Shown piece after piece: positions 62,271 to 64,000 of a stretch of DNA of 64,000 nt; position 1 is the stretch's first letter, and the number at the start of each line of letters is the position of its first letter. The stretch spans positions 192,001 through 256,000 of the forward strand of contig CAWBVY010000004.1 of assembly GCA_963792415.1 (NCBI GenBank), in the 5' to 3' direction. This DNA comes from Candidatus Deferrimicrobiaceae bacterium (GTDB taxonomy: Bacteria > Desulfobacterota > Deferrimicrobia > Deferrimicrobiales > Deferrimicrobiaceae). Below the pieces are notes generated by a model. It had not been told where the DNA came from. It worked only from the letters and a program-made list of their open reading frames with translations, and did not search any database. The translations under genes were made by a program, and so were the position numbers.

Positions 62271-63050
62271 ATGGACGAATTCACCCATCGGGAGGTGCCG
62301 CGTCTCGGCCGACGGCTCTTCCGCCTCGGCCTTTCCGGCTCCTTCAACCTCGACGCGGCGGGGTGCCGCGAAGCGCTCGAGCGCGTTCAATACGTCTTCT
62401 GGTCCCCCCGGATGAAATCGCTGACCCCCGCGCTCCGCGATGCCCTCGCGCGGGACCGCGACCGGTACGTCGTCTCCGCCGGTCCCCTTTTCGGGTATTT
62501 CCCCGGCGCCGTCCGACGCGCGGCCGAGGCGGCGCTGCGGACCCTTGGCGTCGATTCCCTGGACGTCTTCCAGCTCTACTGGCTCGGGAAGATGTCCGCG
62601 TTCACCTCCTCGGTCCAGGAAGAGATGTACCGGCTTCGGGAAGAGGGGAAGGTCCGCGCGCTGGGGGTCTCGATCCACGACCGGCCGCGGGCCGGGGAAC
62701 TGGCGGGGGAGTCGATCCTCGACCTTCTGATGATCCGTTACAACGCCGCGCACACCGGCGCCGAGGTGGAGATCTTCCCGCACCTGGCCCGTCGCCGTCC
62801 CACCGTGGTCGCCTACACCGCGACGGCGTGGCGGAAGCTGCTTCGCGCTCCCGGCGGCTGGAAAGGAAAGGTTCCGACGGCGGGCGACTGCTACCGGTTC
62901 TGCCTCGCGAGTCCGCACGTCGACGTGGTGCTCACCGGCCCACGGAGCGTGGCCGAGCTTCGGGAGAACCTGGCGGCCGTCGACCGCGGACCGCTCTCCC
63001 CCGCCGAGATCGAGGAGATGCGCGCGTTCGGGCGCGCGGTCCACAGGTAG
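62271..63050 (+). CDS. Aldo/keto reductase family protein
   Basis: LRTLGVDSLDVF, EGKVRALGVS.H, RYNAAH, VLTGP. Confidence 0.82.
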   Translation: MDEFTHREVPRLGRRLFRLGLSGSFNLDAAGCREALERVQYVFWSPRMKSLTPALRDALARDRDRYVVSAGPLFGYFPGAVRRAAEAALRTLGVDSLDVFQLYWLGKMSAFTSSVQEEMYRLREEGKVRALGVSIHDRPRAGELAGESILDLLMIRYNAAHTGAEVEIFPHLARRRPTVVAYTATAWRKLLRAPGGWKGKVPTAGDCYRFCLASPHVDVVLTGPRSVAELRENLAAVDRGPLSPAEIEEMRAFGRAVHR

Positions 63051-63107
63051 AGCGGGACGCTGCACGAATGACGGCGGCGGCGCGCGTGCACGCCCGCCGA
63101 TCAAGGA

Positions 63108-63209
63108 AGGAGGGACGCACGATGCGATCCAGGACGACCCGCAGGGATTTCCTCCGGATGATGGGGGCGGCGGCCGGTGTCGCGGCGGGCGCGGCGCTGC
63201 CCGGGATCC
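63108..63209 (+). repeat. Copy 2 of the RBS plus Tat-leader repeat (copy 1 at 9-110)
   Basis: Manual alignment with 9-110: 91 of 102 nt identical. Confidence 0.9.
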
Positions 63210-64000
63210 CGCCGAACGCGTCGGGAGCGACGAGCCCGGGCCCGGGCGTGCCCGAACAGCGGCCGCTGGGGAAGACCGGATTTACGGTCGGGACCGTGGG
63301 GTTCGGCGCGATGACGACCCGCGACCCGGAAGTGATCCGGTTCGCCGTCGAGCGGGGCGTGGATTACGTCGATACGGCGGACTGCTATATGGGGGGCGAG
63401 AACGAGCGGATCGTCGGGAGGGCGCTGGCCGGCCTCCGGGACAAGGTGGTCCTGGCGACCAAGGTCCACATCGCCGCGGTGGACCAGATGATCCGGTCCG
63501 CGGAGAACAGCCTGCGCTCCCTCAAGGTGGACGTGATCGACATTCTCCAGCTCCACGGGATCAGCACCGAAGACGAAGTGACCGACGGGCGGGCCCTTGA
63601 GGCGCTACGGAAGCTGATCGACCAGGGGAAGGTCCGCGCGGCGGGGGTCACGACCCACAGCGGGCAGGAAACCGTCCTGCGCGCCGTGGCGAAACACGGG
63701 TTCTACAAGACGGTCCTCGTTGCGTACAACTTCCGCTCCGACACGGGCGTCGCGGCGACGGTGAAGGAGGCCCTCGGGATGAGCCAGGGGCTCTCGAACA
63801 CGATCCGGGCGGTCGCAGAATCCGGAATCGGCGTGATCGCGATGAAAACCCAGGCCGGGGGATACGCGTCGCCCCCGGGGGGATTCAGCCCGCACCAGGC
63901 GGCGCTCGCCTGGGTCCTCGCCAACCCCGGCGTGGTAACGACGATCCCGAGCATGACGAGCTACGCCCAGGTCGAGGAGAACCTCGGGGCGCGCGGCAAG
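63122..64000 (+). CDS. Tat-signal aldo/keto reductase, truncated by the window end (not in ORF track)
   Basis: Manual translation: MRSRTTRRDFL..., RPLGKTG, GFGAM, DTADCY, LATK, SLRSLKVDVIDILQLH, GKVR, IAMK; no stop before 64000. Confidence 0.88.
   Translation, partial: MRSRTTRRDFLRMMGAAAGVAAGAALPGIPPNASGATSPGPGVPEQRPLGKTGFTVGTVGFGAMTTRDPEVIRFAVERGVDYVDTADCYMGGENERIVGRALAGLRDKVVLATKVHIAAVDQMIRSAENSLRSLKVDVIDILQLHGISTEDEVTDGRALEALRKLIDQGKVRAAGVTTHSGQETVLRAVAKHGFYKTVLVAYNFRSDTGVAATVKEALGMSQGLSNTIRAVAESGIGVIAMKTQAGGYASPPGGFSPHQAALAWVLANPGVVTTIPSMTSYAQVEENLGARGK

Overview
GC-rich bacterial chromosome segment spanning the replication origin; gene style and split atp operon suggest a deltaproteobacterium-like lineage, possibly Ca. 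Deferrimicrobium/MBNT15 (inference). Left end (1-7.4 kb) is an accessory patchwork: exported MsrB/MsrA, a mercury-methylation operon hgcC-hgcA-hgcB (HgcA has a variant cap helix NVWCAAGE), a cupin, a selenocysteine peroxiredoxin split by the ORF track, a threonine-synthase-like gene bracketed by a relic copy of the peroxiredoxin 5' end, an AT-rich zinc-ribbon gene and a repeat lipoprotein. The core (7.4-32.7 kb) holds glmS-glmU, atpF'FHAGDC, parAB with two parS sites, rsmG, mnmG, mnmE, yidC, yidD, rnpA, rpmH, an orphan gene, oriC/dnaA, dnaN, a ~170-nt highly structured element where recF usually lies, and gyrB with no adjacent gyrA. The right part holds a DeoR/TTT/PdxA2/DUF1537-kinase acid-sugar catabolic cluster with extra enzymes, an Hsp20 stress trio, a liv-type ABC transporter, a DEAD-box helicase, a desaturase/UfaD/UfaO/UfaM-like lipid-modification cluster and two aldo/keto reductases. 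The last of these shares a ~89%-identical RBS plus Tat-leader block with msrB 63 kb away. No rRNA, tRNA, CRISPR array or transposase was recognised. All family calls come from motif recognition by eye, not database searches.
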